Part shown: one piece after another, positions 63,089 through 64,000 of the stretch
Numbering within the stretch: the first letter of the stretch is position 1
How the letters are laid out: each line of letters begins with the position of its first letter
From: Eledone cirrhosa
Lineage: Eukaryota
DNA: 64,000 nucleotides
Assembly (NCBI GenBank): GCA_964016885.1
Contig: OZ024742.1
Span: forward strand, 296,856,001 to 296,920,000
Direction of reading: 5' to 3'
Made by a program: the position numbers and the translations under genes
The notes under the pieces: generated by a model
Database searches by the model: none
Told to the model about the DNA's origin: nothing
Seen by the model: only the letters and a program-made list of their open reading frames with translations

Positions 63089-64000
63089 CCAATAGAGGGA
63101 CCAGCAGTGTTAGTCGAGGGGAGTATAATAAGTAAGGCAATCAAGGATATGAAGACAGGTAAGGCGGCTGGGCCTTCGGAAATAGTTGCTGAGATGCTGA
63201 AGGCATCTGGCACGGTGGGACACACCATGGTCACCCGCATAGTTAACCAAGTCGTACAGAATGGGGTTGTACCGAAGGACTGGCATAGCAGCATCATCGT
63301 TAACTGTTATAAGGGTAAAGGAGACGCCCTAGATAGGAGTAACTATAGAGGCATTAAATTAATCGACCAGGTCATGAAGGTCACGGAAAAAGTAATAGCG
63401 CAACTAATCAGAGAGAGAATTGACCTAGATGAAATGCAGTTCGGGTTTGTGTCGGGCAAAAGTACCACAGACGCTCTTTTCATAGTACGACAACTACAGG
63501 AGAAGTACCTAGCTAAAGGTAAACCCCTCTACTTAGCTTTTGTCGACTTGGAGAAAGCCTTCGACAGAGTCCCCCGCTCCATTATCTGGTGGGCTCTTTG
63601 AAAACTAGGCGTTGACGAATGGCTTGTGAGGGCTATACAAGCCATGTATAAAGAAACAGTCAGCAAGGTTAGAATTAACAACGAATATAGTGAAGAGTTT
63701 AGCGTAAAAGTTGGCGTCCATCAGGGCTCTGTTCTCAGCCCACTACTATTTATTATTGCCCTTCAGGCTATAACAGAGGAGTTCAAGACAGGCTGCCCAT
63801 GGGAACTCCTATACGCAGACGACCTGACACTCATAGCGGAATCAATGGCCGAGCTAGAGAAGAAATTCCAAACATAGAAGCACAGCCTAGAGTCAAAAGG
63901 ATTTAAAATTAACCTGGCTAAGACCAAAGTACTAGTTTGTAGGAAAGAAAACAAGGCGTCGGTCCCTTCTGGGAAATGGTCATGCTCGGTGTGTAGGAAA
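63088..64000 (+). mobile_element. RTE family A, 5'-truncated, runs off the window
   Basis: ORFs 63107-63601 and 63626-63877 with in-frame stops; starts right after (CA)n(TA)n. Confidence 0.95.

Overview
AT-rich eukaryotic, repeat-dominated window. I cannot support any host gene, rRNA, true tRNA gene or CRISPR array. The repeat mix suggests a mollusc, probably an octopus or other coleoid cephalopod (inference only). Main content: (1) RTE-clade LINEs of several families, including one copy with an uninterrupted APE-endonuclease/RT ORF (40398-43580) and a near-full-length inverted sister copy (52474-56840); their RT domain carries an inserted C4HC3 PHD finger. (2) A decayed but nearly complete R4/Dong-type RLE retrotransposon in (TAA)n. 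(3) Penelope-like remnants and several minimal type I hammerhead ribozyme motifs next to (TA)n, one inside a 129-bp-arm inverted repeat. (4) Two tRNA-derived SINE families, one with interchangeable RTE-derived tails. (5) piggyBac- and Tc1/mariner-type MITEs, an 18-bp minisatellite with higher-order structure, and many microsatellites. The most notable signals are the hammerhead motifs, the PHD finger inside the RT, a covarying 3' stem-loop shared by LINEs and SINEs, and (TA)n tracts acting as insertion and rearrangement hotspots. All coordinates and pairings were read by eye.
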